Assembly: GCF_001194135.2 (NCBI RefSeq)
Contig: NC_068986.1
Span: forward strand, 7,969,122 to 8,033,121
Length of the DNA stretch: 64,000 bases
Origin: Octopus bimaculoides
Lineage: Eukaryota
Reading direction: 5' to 3'
In this document: piece after piece, positions 25,400-38,518 of the stretch
How the letters are laid out: every line of letters starts with the position of its first letter
Position numbering within the stretch: position 1 is the first letter of the stretch
Notes under the pieces: model-generated
Told to the model about the DNA's origin: nothing
Databases searched by the model: none
What the model saw: only the letters and a program-made list of their open reading frames with translations
Position numbers and translations under genes: made by a program

Positions 25400-25545
25400 T
25401 CATTAATTTTCCGCCGAGGTCGACGTTGCCTTTCATCTTTTCGGGGTCATTAAATTAAGTACCAGTCATGTACTGGACTCAATACAATCACCTCGTCTCC
25501 TCCTTCTAAATTTCAGGCTTTGTGTCTTTCGTAGAAAGGATTATT
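25400..25545 (+). mobile_element. tRNA-derived SINE, family B
   Basis: ttccgccgaggtcgacgttgcctttcatcttttcggggtcattaaattaagtaccagt is the shared family B core. Confidence 0.7.
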
Positions 25546-26711
25546 AGTTTTGACTTTTACCAAATGCTACCATGTTAATTAGCACTTTTATAGTACGATA
25601 ATTTCTTATTAATAGTATCGTTAATACATGTAATTATGACTTTAGAGTAATTGGTTCCATGCAATTAATACTATTGTGAATCGTTAGAAGAACTTCACTT
25701 CGCTAATATGTTATAAAAGAAATGGCTTATTGCAAGCTTTCACCTAATGGTCAGAGACTTCAGTTTTCTAAAGAAATGAAAAACATCGTGGGACTTTCCT
25801 GTTTGTGACTATAAGCATAAATATCTAGATAAATGACAATATCACTATTTTTTACCGAACTGATTGTCATTTCACAAATGGGACAGGCTCCTGCGGGTGA
25901 TATTTAATTTCTAGCAGCTTGCGACTTGTCAGTCGGTACGGCGCAGGATATATTGAAGTATTGAGTAAATGCCTTTTACTGGAAAGAGAAACCTATTTTC
26001 ACTCCCTATTTCACTCCCAAAACCGTGATTAAATTTTATGCCTGCTACACCACTCTGATTATGACTCGACACAGAGTTGTCTTTGTTGATCGCTATCACC
26101 ATGCTGAGACATGAAGTGATATCCGATGCTTTAATCTGGAGACGTTAAAACAGGGCGATGTTCATTCAACCACATTGAATCAACATCGCCAATCCTATTG
26201 GCAGTGCTTACACAGCATTCAATTGAGCGCCGGGTGGCAGCCATTTGAGGAAGATTAATTTGAATATTACTTCATAGACTCTGTTAAAAACAATATTTCT
26301 AAATGTTGTTTTTATGTATAACAGTATAAGCGTGTATATAGGTTTGTATTATGTGTATGTACATGTGTGTGTGTGTATGTATCATGTATATGTTTATATA
26401 CCGGAAGTTTAAAGTTTTGCGAGCTTTAAAGGTAACTGTAAACGTTATAATTTATTATTGTTTCTTTCTACTATATGAATGGAATTTAATTTTTTCCCTA
26501 ACAACTCAATTAATTACATTAACGCTTCTCTGTTATACTATAACTGGCACTACGTCGAGTACGACGACGAAGGTTCTAGTTGATCCGATCAATGGAACAC
26601 TTTGCTCGTGACATTAACATGCAAGTGGTTGAGCACTCGACAAACAAAGAAGAAGAAAGATGACCACCAATCGTAACTCCACAGAAAAAAAGGGAAAGAT
26701 ATTGTATCATG

Positions 26712-27115
26712 TGTAATTGCAGACGTAAAGACGAATGCAAATTCAACAACAACTGCATAAGGAATGTTGTGTACAAATGTGAGATGAAGGCGAATGCGCC
26801 GAAATGTGTGTACATTGGTAGTACCGCAGACACCATGAAAAATCGTCTGAGAAACCATCTCTAATCGTTTTCCAATATAATTAAGAAACGCTCCACATCT
26901 CTGTCGAACCTCATCTGGAGACTAAAACAGAATGGAGTAGAATATACAACCCACTGGTCCATTATATAAAAAAAAATACTGTACCATATAAAGGGATTTC
27001 AAGTGTATGCAACATATGCCCTGCAGAAAACCTGGAAATAATCATATCCAGGGAAAACGTGATAAATAGACACTCTGAGATGGACATGTAAGCAGAGGAA
27101 GAAAATAGCATTTAT
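26712..27115 (+). mobile_element. Penelope-like GIY-YIG endonuclease remnant
   Basis: CNCRRKDECKFNNNCIRNVVYKCEMKANAPKCVYIGSTADTMKNRLRNHL*SF...STSLSNLIWRLKQNGVEYTTHWSII*...VCNICPAENLEII...INRHSE shows the PLE Cys-rich plus VVY-YIG architecture, with stops and a frameshift. Confidence 0.9.
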
Positions 27116-27400
27116 GGAAATTGGAAAATATATTTTGAAACGAAGTAACAAATTAGAGAACAGTGAAGGAACCCAAACAAATAAACGGAAAGACCAATGT
27201 TTAAGATGATAAACACTATAGTAACAGAAACAGCGAAAAAGACATCATATTTGTTTACTGCCACTCATACCTATTATTCAATTGCGCTATTGCCTTACAG
27301 CAGTAAGCATTTGAATATAAATACATAGGTACACATCCATTAGTATATAGGATATTTATTATCCCTTAGATGGTTGTTTAAGCTCTAACTTATATAGACG

Positions 27401-27441
<41 letters not shown>

Positions 27442-27489
27442 AGAGAGAGAGAAAGAGAGAGTGAGAGAGATGAAATATGTGTATCTTCG

Positions 27490-27678
27490 TGTTTGTTCCA
27501 CACCTCCATTTCACAACCGGTGTTGGTGTCTTTACGTTCCCGTAAATTAGCGGTTCGGAAAAAGACTTGATAGAATAAGTACAACACTCGAAAACTAAGT
27601 ACCGGATCCGATCCTTCCAATGCGATGCCCCAGCATGGCCACAGCCTAACGACTGAAACAAGTGAAGGTAAAAGTAAA
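27490..27678 (+). mobile_element. SINE family A 3' half
   Basis: ggtgtctttacgttcccgtaaattagcggttcggaaaaagac...gatagaataagtac...ccagcatggccacagcctaacgactgaaacaagt matches 47300-47470. Confidence 0.85.
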
Positions 27679-27696
27679 ATAATTACATACATATAT

Positions 27697-27769
<73 letters not shown>

Positions 27770-28593
27770 AGTGTGTGTTGTGTGTTTGTGAGTGTCAGAA
27801 AACGGAAATAATGTTCCAGTGTCTCCCACGGGAATCGAGCCTGCATGTTACAACTTTTTCCGTCTTACACGCAGTAATGTACGCACGCGCGTATCTAATT
27901 AGGTATGTATGTATGTATGTATGTATGTATGTATGTATGTATGTATCTATCTATCTATCTATCTATCTGTCTGTCTGTCTGTTTGTGCGGTATCCCATGG
28001 AATGCGTGCATATATAATCATTTGTGTGTATATATGGAACTCAAATACTTGGTGTATAGAACAGAAATATCTTTTGGTATTAAATTCTTTCTCACTCGCC
28101 ATGTCACGCCGGTTTGTTGTCCTTCTTTCTCCCCCCCCCCCCCAACGTCCAAACAATCAGTTACAGGGGAAACGACTGACTTAAATATGGCGGTGTCTCA
28201 ATGACTGGAAAGAATAATCTAATACAGTAAAGTATACACACATTTCATGCATACCTATATACCCAGATCTGTGTATATTGTATATGTTTATACATACATA
28301 TATATATNNNNNNNNNNNNNNNNNNNNNNNNNNNNNNNNNNNNNNNNNNNNNNNNNNNNNNNNNNNNNNNNNNNNNNNNNNNNNNNNNNNNNNNNNNNNN
28401 NNNNNNNNNNNNNNNNNNNNNNNNNNNNNNNNNNNNNNNNNNNNNNNNNNNNNNNNNNNNNNNNNNNNNNNNNNNNNNNNNNNNTATATAATATAATATA
28501 GGATAAAATCTTTATAAGAATTTATCAAGCAGTCAGCGTGACAAACCCCCATGTATATAAAAACCCCCATGTATATAAATTTAGATGTATATA

Positions 28594-28625
<32 letters not shown>

Positions 28626-29213
28626 GAGAGAGATATTTGTATGTGTATGTGCGTAAATGCATGTGAGTGTGTGCCTGTGTGCCTGTGTGTCTGTGTGTCT
28701 GCGTGCAGATAATCAAGTAAATACTGGTTGTCAGACACTATGTATTTAACACTAAAGATGACTGCGGTTGCTACGATAAGTCATCTCTCTCTTCCAATAT
28801 CTTGCTGCTCATACATTAAATTATGTATCTATGATTCTGCATTCCATTCACCTGAATATGAATTCAAATAAAATATTGGTTCTAAATTAGTTGTAAGATA
28901 TTCTTTACAAATTGGTTCAGCTCCGTTTAGAAAAGAAATCTTTTTATATTATAAATTACATAATACAGACTGTAAACCTCGTGTGTGCACTTAGAGAAAC
29001 GTAAACGTGTAAGTGAATATGTTGTATTGCATGCATTATATTAGATATGTGTGTGCGTGCGTGCGTGTGTGTAGATAGATAGGTATGTTTGTATGTATAT
29101 AAATATTTTACATATATATACATATTTATATAAAGAAATAATGAAAGAAAGAAGAGAGGAAAGAAAGAAAGAAGGAGGGGAAGAAAGGAAGAGAGGAAGA
29201 AAAAAGAACGGTT

Positions 29214-29273
<60 letters not shown>

Positions 29274-31039
29274 TCAGTGCATTTTCAGATATATTTCTGA
29301 TTCAATATTCGTTTCTCTTGAGTTACTTAATACAGAATCGATTTTTCTTCACTATTGTGCAGTGAACGTTCTATTGATTGCACTTACTCACGAGGGCGAA
29401 AGTATAAGATCATACATGTAGGATAGTGAAAGCTAAGTAATGGTTGAGTCAGTAGAGTTCACCTAGATTTTGGCTACGTTACAACTACAGCAACTTATGA
29501 TGAGTTCTAGGTTAGGTAGCGAAAAGATCACATCATCTTAATTCTAGAATGCATAGTATTTCAGAAAAAAAAAAATATCACGATTTAAAAACGGTCTGCA
29601 TTTCAATCATTAAATAGAAATTATTTAGCATTAGCAATTGATTGGTGTAATCGAAATATTAGATATTATGCATGTTTTATCTGATAATCCCTTGGTAGAT
29701 ATAAGAATTGCAGAAAGACATTGCTACCTTGTCAATATAGTTGCGAATGCAGGATTGACATTCCTTACAGGAAAATCTTTCATGCGTTTAGATACAGATA
29801 TCTCTTGAAAGCATAACTGCAAAATTAAACGTGATATACTTGCTAAACCATCTTTACTCGCATTAAAATGTCAGCTTTCTCACTTGCCAGGCATCCACAA
29901 GGGTAAGATTCCTCTCAACGTTTCTTCAAAATAATGGACTAAATTATTATCAATACTTGACTGAAATTTAAATCTTATATTCTGTTTTTACATATTTTTA
30001 TAGATCAAGACTTCACTTACTACGCGATGTAATTAGTATCAGCCTCCAGCAAATTAAAGGTTTTAATTAATCACGCATTTATTTGAGAAAACAAACAGTA
30101 TCATCGTAATTATTAGATATATTAATTAGAAATTATTTACTGTCTCTACGAGTTCTAAATATTATCGTCTTGTCGAATATCAGTGATGTTCATTTCTACT
30201 AATATAATTTTCAACAAAAGTATAAGGCAATATGACGTCTTTATAGATATAAACACGCTTCCAATCATATTCTGCGCATTTTAAACCAACGAAAATTTAA
30301 ATTCATTCCTATTCAATATTTTCAATATTTAATTGAAATATTCAACACATTTGCAAATTCAAACCGCTTCCAACTTAAACCGGTGGGTTTAGTAACAATT
30401 AAACGTTTTGTGTCCAAGATAATCATCTTGCATATAGTTCAAGAGAAGGCGGCAGCTTCCAATTGAAGATAGAGTTAAAATATAGTTAACGAAATTTGGC
30501 TTAAAAAGGAATCACTCTCCTAATGGATATCATGATGGAACATTAATAATCTGAGATTTAATTCTACTGCATTTTAGAGAATGTTTTCGCTTAAAAATCA
30601 CATTAAATACAGTTATGTTAATATTTTGTGTACATTGTATATAATACAAGCATAAATATGAATTTCTTATCCACAGATTTATATCACCATCTAAAATTAT
30701 TATACATACAAGAATGCAAAAGAACAACTTTGGCAAATTGTTGACCATACCAGAAATTTGAAGGAATATGATCTGTTATCTGTATACATACGCTGTAAAA
30801 ACAATACTTCATCATGCACACTTTATCGAGTAGTTCTATATCACTAAGAAATGGAGAAGTTTATCTACAATCAATACTAAGAATTGTAAGGCAAACACAG
30901 TGCTGAATGTGATTCAACCTTAACTAATTATATCAGGTAACACATTTTTAAAATTTATACTACCGTTTGATTTAATTAGGAACAATTGTAGTTTTATGAA
31001 ATTCACTTCTCTCCCAAATTGAATCTGCAGTGTTTGATT

Positions 31040-31858
31040 ATGCATCCAAGCATATTCACCTACTATTCGGGTGAGGGCCGTTGGCATAGAGTCTGCAGCC
31101 ATCTTTTCCTTAGGGTACTATCAGAAACATCTGGGTTCACAAGCGCGTTCAACTGAGTCTATGGATATGATCCAACTAGCTCGTTCTTGGTGAACTCTTT
31201 GGTCTCCTGACGATTGGCTCAGCTGGGAGAATCCGTCTTGCGATTTTGTTTTCCTTCGGCATTCTAATCACACGAACTGTAGCACCAGAGCAGCGACTTC
31301 TCAATGCGGAGAAACAGCAGCTCAACCTGAAGAGGCTCCTCGATCCCCGAAATACTCAATCTGTCCTATAATATTACTTCAAAGGCCTTTCGGAGGAACC
31401 TCATTTCGGCTGTTTGTATTTGCGATCGTACTCTTTCCATCATTACTCAGCATTCTTGACCATGAGTGAGGACAGGCAGGAATTGGAAATTGTGAATTTA
31501 GCTTTTTTGTCCACTCTTCCCCTTGTGAGGATTAAATGCTGGAGCTGGCACATTACTGTGCCAGTATCCCTAATTCTGGCATCCAGTTCAGCGTCCGGCC
31601 TTCCAGCACTCGTGAATACCCGCCACGAGATACTCCTTCACTTACGGGCAAAATGCACAAGAGTGACTTTCTTTCCAGAGCCAATGTCTTAGTCTTCGCA
31701 ACACTAATTCGCACTTCTGCTTTGCAGCATTTGGAAGGGAACCCATTCGCTGCATGCTGGACGTCATCTTCTTATTAACCACGTAACACGATATCGTCTG
31801 CAAATATCAGTCGATCGTCTGCAAATATCAGTCGATCGTCTGCAAATATCAGTCGATC
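31040..31858 (-). mobile_element. 5'-truncated RTE-clade LINE fragment, from the RT FADD motif to the 3' end
   Basis: The minus strand starts (RLIFADD)x3-IVL, then ...RISVAKTK... followed by frameshifted RT C-terminal sequence. The region is GC-richer than its flanks. Confidence 0.8.
31793..31855. repeat. Three exact copies of a 21-bp unit
   Basis: atcgtctgcaaatatcagtcg x3; its reverse complement encodes RLIFADD. Confidence 0.98.
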
Positions 31859-32478
31859 GATCACACTTCCACCAATTATCATACCATTTTCACACTAGCT
31901 TCATTATTTACCATTTAAACATCGATAGTCTGTCTGAAATTAAAATTCTAATATCTAATAAATATATTTCTCACAGTTATTATGACAGAAATGTATTGAC
32001 CAAGTTATATTATGAATTTTGCTGTTGTCATTTCATCTCATATGCCTTGACTCTACCTACACTTGTTCTTTACTTGGCGTAGAATTCTTACATATATTCT
32101 AGAACATTTCTCCATACGGCCTTGTACAACTATTTGACAGATTGTTGGCTATTTTACATGTTTCCGCGATAAAGGTGAACAGAAATTAGAAAGTAAACTA
32201 TAATTTGATTTTTATAAAGTAATTTAATGATTAATCTTTTAACAAATAAATTTTATTTTTATTAACTAAATTAAACTTATCATGACTTTAGAGAAGATCT
32301 GATTATTCAAAGAATTAGGTTGCTTAATAGAAAAATCATATCCACTGTAGTCTTCTTTAATTATCACCGTACAGGGCAATATTGTTACTATTTCTAGCAG
32401 GTCGAGTGATTTCATATGGACTTTGTTTCTGACACGAATCTATATTTTCCTTTACGTAATTTTGTTGTTGCTCAAGTA

Positions 32479-32828
<350 letters not shown>

Positions 32829-33336
32829 GAGGGAGATAAATGAACCCGATCTTTTATGTATGGATGTTTTGTGTATGTGTTAAGTAGACATGTTTGTTCC
32901 TTGATTCATTCCATTCACATTTAAAGTGTATCGATCTATTTTGTTTTGTATATAAATATATCTTTGCTTGCATTTATATATATAGTTTATATATTTCAAT
33001 TCCATTTGAAATGTATAAAATTTATTTGTAGTTATATTTTTTGTCTACAATAAATGCAAACTGGAATAAGAGTTTCAATTTTCAGAAAGTAGGTCAAACA
33101 AATGCTTCCAAATGCAGACAAAATATATACACACTAAACATCTTTATGGAAAAGAAACTGCTTCTGTTGTAAATCGTGTGGACAAGTGATTGATTCTCAA
33201 CCTATGGACCCCTTTCATTCGTATTTTACCTAGATGAACCCTCATAGTCATTAGATGTTTAAAAATCCTAGCAAGAAAGAAGATAAGATTCTCTCCCCAC
33301 CCTCCAAGTAAATAGTCCTCCTTAATATGTAGGAAA

Positions 33337-33454
33337 GAGAGCGGGTTATTTGAATTTTACAGGGGTGATTCGAAATTGGGTTAAGGCTATTCTCAGAGAG
33401 GAGTTATTTGAATTTCACAAGGGTGATTCGAAATTAGGTTCAGGCTACCTACAG
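33337..33454 (+). repeat. Diverged tandem duplication of about 58 bp
   Basis: gttatttgaattt.aca.gggtgattcgaaatt.ggtt.aggcta starts at 33345 and again at 33403. Confidence 0.9.
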
Positions 33455-33527
33455 AATAGCCTGACCGGGAAGTAACTTGAAACGGTGTGAGAAGTAACTT
33501 GAAGTCTTTTCACTGGGGCTATGTTAG

Positions 33528-33610
33528 GGGGAATTTGCCCAATGTGTTGTGCTGTGGGACTGAACACTAAGTCACATGGTTGCAAAGCGTACTTCTTAAC
33601 CACTCGGCCA
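33528..33610 (-). mobile_element. Degenerate SINE family A head
   Basis: atttgcccaatgtg...gtgggactgaac...cacatggttgc...ttaaccactcggcca is the reverse of the family A head. Confidence 0.6.
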
Positions 33611-34680
33611 ATATAATACTAGATTTTCTCTAAGCACATTAACAGTGGAATTAGAATTTAAATAATTAAAAATGAGTAGCGTATACGTATCACTTTTTAA
33701 GATTGCTCAAATTCTATACAGGTAATATTTTTTTAATCTCAGTTTCTTCGGAAATACGGATCAGTTAATATATTTAATTAGATTTAATATTCTTGAGTAT
33801 GTCTCCTGTATTAGTAAAATTAATCTCCTTACATATATAAACTAGTTGACGTGAACAACTGGATTATTGCATACGAGAGTTAGGAATGAACGAAGATAAT
33901 TAAAAAATACATATACATTTATCTTAAAGAAGATAGTCTGCTTAGTATAGGAAGCACATATAATGGGCTTTAGCTTATAACCATAATCAAAGAGGAGGAT
34001 ATTATAAACATTTTGTATGAGCTTATAATTTTTCACAAATATTACATGATTCAGTATGAAATATATACCGTGTGTTCATGTGTGTGTGTGTGTGTGTATG
34101 TGTGTGTGTGTGCGCGCATCTGTGTTCTCGCGTACATGTATGGGTGTGTGTGTGTGTGTGGATGGTTGGGGTTTATTATATAACAAGAGGCAGGGTACTC
34201 TGAGTTTCAGCCTTAGCTGAACTGTTCATGTCCGTCGTCAACAATCAATCTATGGGTGATTCTCAAAGTCGGCTGTCCACTTTGATAAATTAAATATATA
34301 CGTGTCTATCCACTCCACCCAACGTATTCACTTCTATCCCAGGTAATACCTGCTGCTGCACTATGTAAAATATGTTATTGATATAATTTACTAGTTACAT
34401 AGTTACATTACTATGTGTGTATTTAAATAAATATATATCTGCACACGGACACACACACAAACACACACACACATACACACACACACACATATATATATAC
34501 ATATATATATATATATGCAAAGTATGGGAGTTTAGTTCACAGGTGATCTAAATGATTAGATATGTTACGTAAGTGCTGTAACTAGGGCTCCAAGGTTGTA
34601 GCAGAGACCGTAGTTATGAAGCCTTTGCAGATTTCCGATGCGGCGGATATGTAATTGTTAAAGAAGACGACAAACGTTAA

Positions 34681-35950
34681 GGGAAGTCAAACATTTCGAG
34701 ATGAATACAATATTATTATTGGAAAATATTTAAAATCTTACAGATGTTTCTGGGATATCCCCGAATGTGGAAGTGGAAAGAAAGCAGAAAATATTGAACG
34801 TTGATATGNNNNNNNNNNNNNNNNNNNNNNNNNNNNNNNNNNNNNNNNNNNNNNNNNNNNNNNNNNNNNNNNNNNNNNNNNNNNNNNNNNNNNNNNNNNN
34901 NNNNNNNNNNNNNNNNNNNNNNNNNNNNNNNNNNNNNNNNNNNNNNNNNNNNNNNNNNNNNNNNNNNNNNNNNNNNNNNNNNNNNNNNNNNNNNNNNNNN
35001 NNNNNNNNNNNNNNNNNNNNNNNNNNNNNNNNNNNNNNNNNNNNNNNNNNNNNNNNNNNNNNNNNNNNNNNNNNNNNNNNNNNNNNNNNNNNNNNNNNNN
35101 NNNNNNNNNNNNNNNNNNNNNNNNNNNNNNNNNNNNNNNNNNNNNNNNNNNNNNNNNNNNNNNNNNNNNNNNNNNNNNNNNNNNNNNNNNNNNNNNNNNN
35201 NNNNNNNNNNNNNNNNNNNNNNNNNNNNNNNNNNNNNNNNNNNNNNNNNNNNNNNNNNNNNNNNNNNNNNNNNNNNNNNNNNNNNGCCATAGCTTCGTTT
35301 TATTTGCTTTTTTCATTTTAAATCTGCTTTTTTCATTTTCTTTCTTTTTTCTTCGTTTTATTTGCTTTTTTCTTTTTAAATTTGCTGTTTTACCCTAACC
35401 CTAACCCTAACCCTAACCCTATCACCGATAGAATTGCTTCAGAATCGTTTGTTTATGTAGTCGGCACTTAATGTATATCGGCTGAATGGACGTCAGTGAT
35501 TGGTTGAAATTACAGAAATACAACAACTTTAACATGGAATAACTTAGGGATTTCTTTTTTTTAAAAGAAGACTAAGAGAAAAAGATGTTTTATATGACAC
35601 ATTCTACCAGTGTTCCAAGTTTCAAAGTGTTTCGTTAATGAAAAATGTGGCCGCCGTTTTAAAAAAGATCCAGGATTTTAACCCACATGGATCTACGCAG
35701 GATTGCACCTAAGGATTCGTGCTCTTGTTTCTATAACTTCGGAAAGTTAATCTTTTATGCTTATTCTTTTATTCCCTTCCGCTATGTCGTCATCTCATTA
35801 ATATATGCCATTCTCATTTTCCCTATTTTCTCCTATTTGTCTCTGATGACGGAATATCCCATATTCGAGGATATCCCAGAAACATCTGTAAGATTTTTAA
35901 TATTTTCCCATAATAATATTGTATACGACTTGAGATGTTTTTGCCTTGCC
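34681..35950. mobile_element. Non-autonomous TIR DNA transposon with TTAA flanks (Kolobok-like)
   Basis: TTAA at 34677-34680 and 35951-35954, with GG...CC termini. The core inverted repeat, 34705-34770 vs 35859-35924, has 4 mismatches in 66 bp, and weaker similarity extends to the ends. Confidence 0.75.
35393..35421. repeat. Interstitial telomeric-type repeat (CCCTAA)4+CCCTA
   Basis: Direct reading; lies inside the TTAA-flanked element. Confidence 0.97.
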
Positions 35951-36080
35951 TTAATGTTAGCTGTACTGTTTTACTATAACTATATAAAAAAAAACTTTAA
36001 AAAACCACATCAGATATCATGATGGGGCTAAGTTATAGGTACAGGAAGTGGTCAAACTCTGCATAAGGAGTGGATAACCA

Positions 36081-36123
<43 letters not shown>

Positions 36124-37444
36124 NNNNNNNNNNNNNNNNNNNNNNNNNNNNNNNNNNNNNNNNNNNNNNNNNNNNNNNNNNNNNNNNNNNNNNNNNNNNN
36201 NNNNNNNNNNNNNNNNNNNNNNNNNNNNNNNNNNNNNNNNNNNNNNNNNNNNNNNNNNNNNNNNNNNNNNNNNNNNNNNNNNNNNNNNNNNNNNNNNNNN
36301 NNNNNNNNNNNNNNNNNNNNNNNNNNNNNNNNNNNNNNNNNNNNNNNNNNNNNNNNNNNNNNNNNNNNNNNNNNNNNNNNNNNNNNNNNNNNNNNNNNNN
36401 NNNNNNNNNNNNNNNNNNNNNNNNNNNNNNNNNNNNNNNNNNNNNNNNNNNNNNNNNNNNNNNNNNNNNNNNNNNNNNNNNNNNNNNNNNNNNNNNNNNN
36501 NNNNNNNNNNNNNNNNNNNNNNNNNNNNNNNNNNNNNNNNNNNNNNNNNNNNNNNNNNNNNNNNNNNNNNNNNNNNNNNNNNNNNNNNNNNNNNNNNNNN
36601 NNNNNNNNNNNNNNNNNNNNNNNNNNNNNNNNNNNNNNNNNNNNNNNNNNNNNNNNNNNNNNNNNNNNNNNNNNNNNNNNNNNNNNNNNNNNNNNNNNNN
36701 NNNNNNNNNNNNNNNNNNNNNNNNNNNNNNNNNNNNNNNNNNNNNNNNNNNNNNNNNNNNNNNNNNNNNNNNNNNNNNNNNNNNNNNNNNNNNNNNNNNN
36801 NNNNNNNNNNNNNNNNNNNNNNNNNNNNNNNNNNNNNNNNNNNNNNNNNNNNNNNNNNNNNNNNNNNNNNNNNNNNNNNNNNNNNNNNNNNNNNNNNNNN
36901 NNNNNNNNNNNNNNNNNNNNNNNNNNNNNNNNNNNNNNNNNNNNNNNNNNNNNNNNNNNNNNNNNNNNNNNNNNNNNNNNNNNNNNNNNNNNNNNNNNNN
37001 NNNNNNNNNNNNNNNNNNNNNNNNNNNNNNNNNNNNNNGGTGGCGTGGCGAATCCTGCTGTACTCTTTCACCCAACTTTCTCTCACTCTTTCTTCGTGTT
37101 TCTAAATGTTGGCCTGCTCACTTAGCCATCGGGGTGGCGTTATTCGAAGGCTAAAACAATGCGAAGCGCATTGTGACCAGCGGTGTGCAGCAGCATCTGA
37201 TTGCCTGGTCGGTTACGTGGTCACGTGATATATATATATATATATATACATGTGTGTCTATGCGCGCGCGCGCGTGTGTGTGTAAAATCAAACTAAAGAT
37301 GACAAGACCGAGCCATGAGCTATCAACTTTGATCCTTTATTCAAAATAAACAGTGTACTAGTGTTAGACTTAGTAGTTGATAAAGAGATAAATAAATTAG
37401 AAATAAATTACAATCCCTTACATCGCAATGACTCCGCTATGCTT

Positions 37445-37780
37445 AAAAGTGTAGTATATTCTTAGCTACAATAGCGACAACATGAATTTCTTCCATCTTC
37501 TTGCTCTGTTAAAATATTTGAGAAAGATTATATTAATGTGTTCTAGTTGTTAAAATTCCATTTATTTATTTCTGCAGCTGAAGATGGCATTGTATTTGAA
37601 TTGATGTAATGATTTCATTCTTCAATTAAATGGAGCCGCTTGAAACGGTCGTACTCCATCACTACTTCATATCCTGTTGCTTATTTTCATTTTATTCATC
37701 TTACTTCGAGCTATGCGGATAATACCGGACTGACTTGGTGCGTCAAATTAAGTACCTAATTCAACTGAATCTCAATTATT
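37445..37780 (+). mobile_element. PLE 3'-end/pLTR repeat with hammerhead-like motif, copy 3
   Basis: Homolog of 10510-10858; TGCAG-CTGAAGA at 37573-37584 and GAAACGGTCGTA at 37642-37653. Confidence 0.8.
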
Positions 37781-37790
37781 TCTATATATA

Positions 37791-37958
37791 GGCGTAGGAG
37801 TGGCTGTGAGGTAAGTTGCTTGCTTACTTACTAACCACATGGTTCCGGGTTCAGTCCCACTGCATGGCACCTTGGGCAAATGTCTTCAACTATAGCCTCG
37901 GGCCGACCAAAGCCTTGTGAGTGGATTTGGTAGACAGAAACTGAAAGAAGCCCATCGT
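37791..37958 (+). mobile_element. tRNA-derived SINE family A, 5' head
   Basis: ggcgtaggagtggctgtgaggtaag...ggttccgggttcagtcccactg...ggcaccttgggca...gaaactgaaagaagcccatcg, with A/B-box-like motifs; homologous to the 42598 and 47061 copies. Confidence 0.9.
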
Positions 37959-37983
37959 ATATATATATATATATATATATATA

Positions 37984-38027
<44 letters not shown>

Positions 38028-38462
38028 NNNNNNNNNNNNNNNNNNNNNNNNNNNNNNNNNNNNNNNNNNNNNNNNNNNNNNNNNNNNNNNNNNNNNNNNN
38101 NNNNNNNNNNNNNNNNNNNNNNNNNNNNNNNNNNNNNNNNNNNNNNNNNNNNNNNNNNNNNNNNNNNNNNNNNNNNNNNNNNNNNNNNNNNNNNNNNNNN
38201 NNNNNNNNNNNNNNNNNNNNNNNNNNNNNNNNNNNNNNNNNNNNNNNNNNNNNNNNNNNNNNNNNNNNNNNNNNNNNNNNNNNNNNNNNNNNNNNNNNNN
38301 NNNNNNNNNNNNNNNNNNNNNNNNNNNNNNNNNNNNNNNNNNNNNNNNNNNNNNNNNNNNNNNNNNNNNNNNNNNNNNNNNNNNNNNNNNNNNNNNNNNN
38401 NNNNNNNNNNNNNNNNNNNNNNNNNNNNNNNNNNNNNNNNNNNNNNNNNNNNNNNNNNNNNN

Positions 38463-38518
<56 letters not shown>

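Noticed and set aside
29495-29535. ATGATGAG...CGAAA hammerhead-like core
   Set aside because: C3 is missing and there is no convincing stem I, II or III pairing.
29771-29901. Plus-strand exon-like segment (ttacag|...|gtaaga)
   Set aside because: Stops occur in all frames, and such splice-like pairs are frequent by chance in AT-rich DNA.
31793-31855. CRISPR-like array
   Set aside because: The repeats are head-to-tail with no spacers, in a eukaryotic context, and derive from LINE RT sequence.
35393-35421. True telomere or chromosome fusion site
   Set aside because: There are only about 5 units in a single orientation, inside a dispersed repeat.
35842-35886. CTGATGA...GAAAC hammerhead-like spacing
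   Set aside because: Stem I and stem III cannot form, and the GAAAC belongs to the transposon TIR.
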